A stretch of 50,013 bases of DNA, the filler included, from Trypethelium eluteriae (taxonomy: Eukaryota): the NCBI GenBank assembly GCA_051942245.1. It is 2 parts of 2 records of this genome, joined end to end, with 100 filler letters (N's around TTAATTAATTAA, not from the genome) between each part and the next. Parts side by side here need not be neighbours in the genome. Positions count along the whole stretch, not along the records: positions 25,067 to 50,013 come from JAVECL010000387.1; 1 more part is not named here. One strand, 5' to 3'. The notes under the pieces are model-generated. The model worked only from the letters and a program-made list of their open reading frames with translations. It was not told the origin of the DNA and made no database searches. The position numbers and the translations under genes were made by a program. Positions 48,380 through 50,013 of this stretch are shown piece after piece; the stretch's first letter is position 1, and each line of letters starts with the position of its first letter.

Positions 48380-50013
48380 CAGACTGGGCAACGGTACGAT
48401 TATCGCCGATAGTATCAGCGGTATTTTTATCGTACGATACGGTATGATAACGATACTATCGTACGATACGCTAGCCCCCACACAAATAGCTAAATTTTAG
48501 AAATTCTTTGTGAAATAAGACTCTTTGTATAAAATAAGCTATAATTATGGCATCTATTTAGACTAAAGAATTTTTTTTTACTGCTGATATTGAGAGTACT
48601 GAGTCTAAAGCTTAATATAGGTTAGATATCCATATTTATTATTGTATAAAAAAGCTAAATAAATTAGAAAGACTTAAAAAAGCATTACTTTATTATTGCA
48701 AATATTATAATAAAAAGTCTTTCTTATTAATTAGTGGATTATAAAGTTATATTCAGAAATATTACCTAGAAGTTGGGATTAATTAATTTTGTACAATATT
48801 ATACTTAATAGCTTTAACTTTAACTAATTAATTAAAAACAGATTATAAAAAGCTTTGTACAAAAGGAGAAGCGGCTGAATTTAAGTAATATATATACTCT
48901 TATATAATAAATATCACACTTATAATAATAGTATTTCTTAGTCTGCTTATTATATATAGACTTTTTTTTTGACTTATTAAATAGGATGTATTACATAAAT
49001 TTATTTTTACACTTAATCCCTGGGTTAAACTTCCTTACGTTTATAATACAATAAAGAAAAGAGTTTAAGAGTCTTTTTTAGAATTAAAAGATATTATACA
49101 AAGATTAATCCAGTTTATAAAGACGCGAATCTATTTAGCTATTAATATCTAGATATCTCTAAACAACTACCTTTTTTTAGCTATTTATGCAAGCTATATT
49201 AATTATACTAATTAATTTTATACTTATTTAATTAGTTTCCATATAATACCAGGCTATAGCAGTGAAGCTTAGTAATTAGTTTTACTTCCGGTCCTTAAAG
49301 AATATGGCTATACAAAGTTAATTAGCACAGTTATTGGCAATAATACAGCTATAAATAATACTCTTTATTATATAATATTAATATACTTCTCTAAAACTTA
49401 TCAGATTAACTGGACGGCTACTCAAAATTATATTTACTGCTAAGGCCATATTCTAAATTTTATTATATAAGCATATCTCTTTAATAATAAAGATAATAAA
49501 AATAATATAGCTTTATACAATTAAAAAGAGCTTTTGGATGAGCAGCTAAATAAGAAGATATTAAAAAAAAGGCAAAATAAATTACATATTTAAATAGGAG
49601 TAATAAGTAAACTTTACAATCTTATTATCCATATCCATGCATCTGCTCTTTATATAATAGAATTTATTTTAAAAGCTGGTTAAAGAATCCCTCTTAATAA
49701 TTATATAAAATAGAATAACTGGTTTAATATGCTTTAAGTTGCTAAAAAGCAATAAGTTAAAGAGGTGCTTATAACATATATGGATAAGTATTATAATATT
49801 AATTTATTAAATAAAAGAGATATTCTTACTTTAGAAGATTGGAATTATCTTTATACAGTCTGCTAATATCTTAGAATATTTAAATAGGCTATATTATATC
49901 TTTAAGGAGATTGTATAATACTTTAAAGAGTCTATAAGAGTATTAAAGCGCTTTATAAGTGGCTTAAAGGAATTAATATATATTATATTATTATATTTAA
50001 CCTTATATAAAAT
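48380..50013 (+). mobile_element. RIP-degraded hAT DNA transposon (continues past the window end)
   Basis: Terminus CAGACTGGGCAACGGTACGAT with ACGAT/ATCGT subterminal repeats. The AT-rich body has degenerate hAT motifs: 'VIGNNTAINNTL' (TxDNAxxN), 'IYC*GHILNFII*A' (RCxxHxLN), 'KLYNLIIHIHAS', 'IPLNNYIK*NNWFNML' (DNxTRWNS). Confidence 0.88.

Noticed and set aside
1..50013. The two flanking hAT relics as one composite transposon or a Starship
   Set aside because: Their visible termini differ (CAGAG.. versus CAGACTGGGC..), both point outward, no tyrosine-recombinase captain gene is visible, and the interior has a core gene and an assembly gap.

Overview
Genomic DNA of a filamentous ascomycete (spliced genes with GT..CTRAC..AG introns). 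A gene-rich interior (~4.9-47.3 kb) lies between two AT-rich, RIP-degraded hAT transposons (1-2726 on the minus strand, 48380-end on the plus strand). An artificial N/TTAATTAATTAA/N join at ~25 kb means the two halves may not be truly adjacent. The left half carries a NACHT-ankyrin NLR-like gene with an in-frame TAG before its last domain, an FAD monooxygenase and a BCS1-like AAA ATPase. It also carries a compact candidate catabolic cluster: a 3-hydroxyacyl-CoA dehydrogenase fused to a six-bladed YWTD propeller, a divergently transcribed second 3-hydroxyacyl-CoA dehydrogenase-family gene, and a Zn2Cys6 regulator whose two long introns each contain a different inverted-repeat (MITE-like) element. 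The right half carries BZZ1, a PTH11-like membrane protein, an intact SDR, an unknown membrane protein, a secreted protein and several disrupted genes (SDR, Cys-rich/acidic secreted protein, Zn2Cys6 TF, SesB-like hydrolase). Non-coding structure includes several MITE-like hairpins, a ~50-bp direct repeat of the NLR 3' end flanking the monooxygenase, and a repeat motif present in inverted orientation at ~4.1-4.4 kb and ~47.7-47.9 kb. All calls are from reading the sequence by eye; no searches were run.
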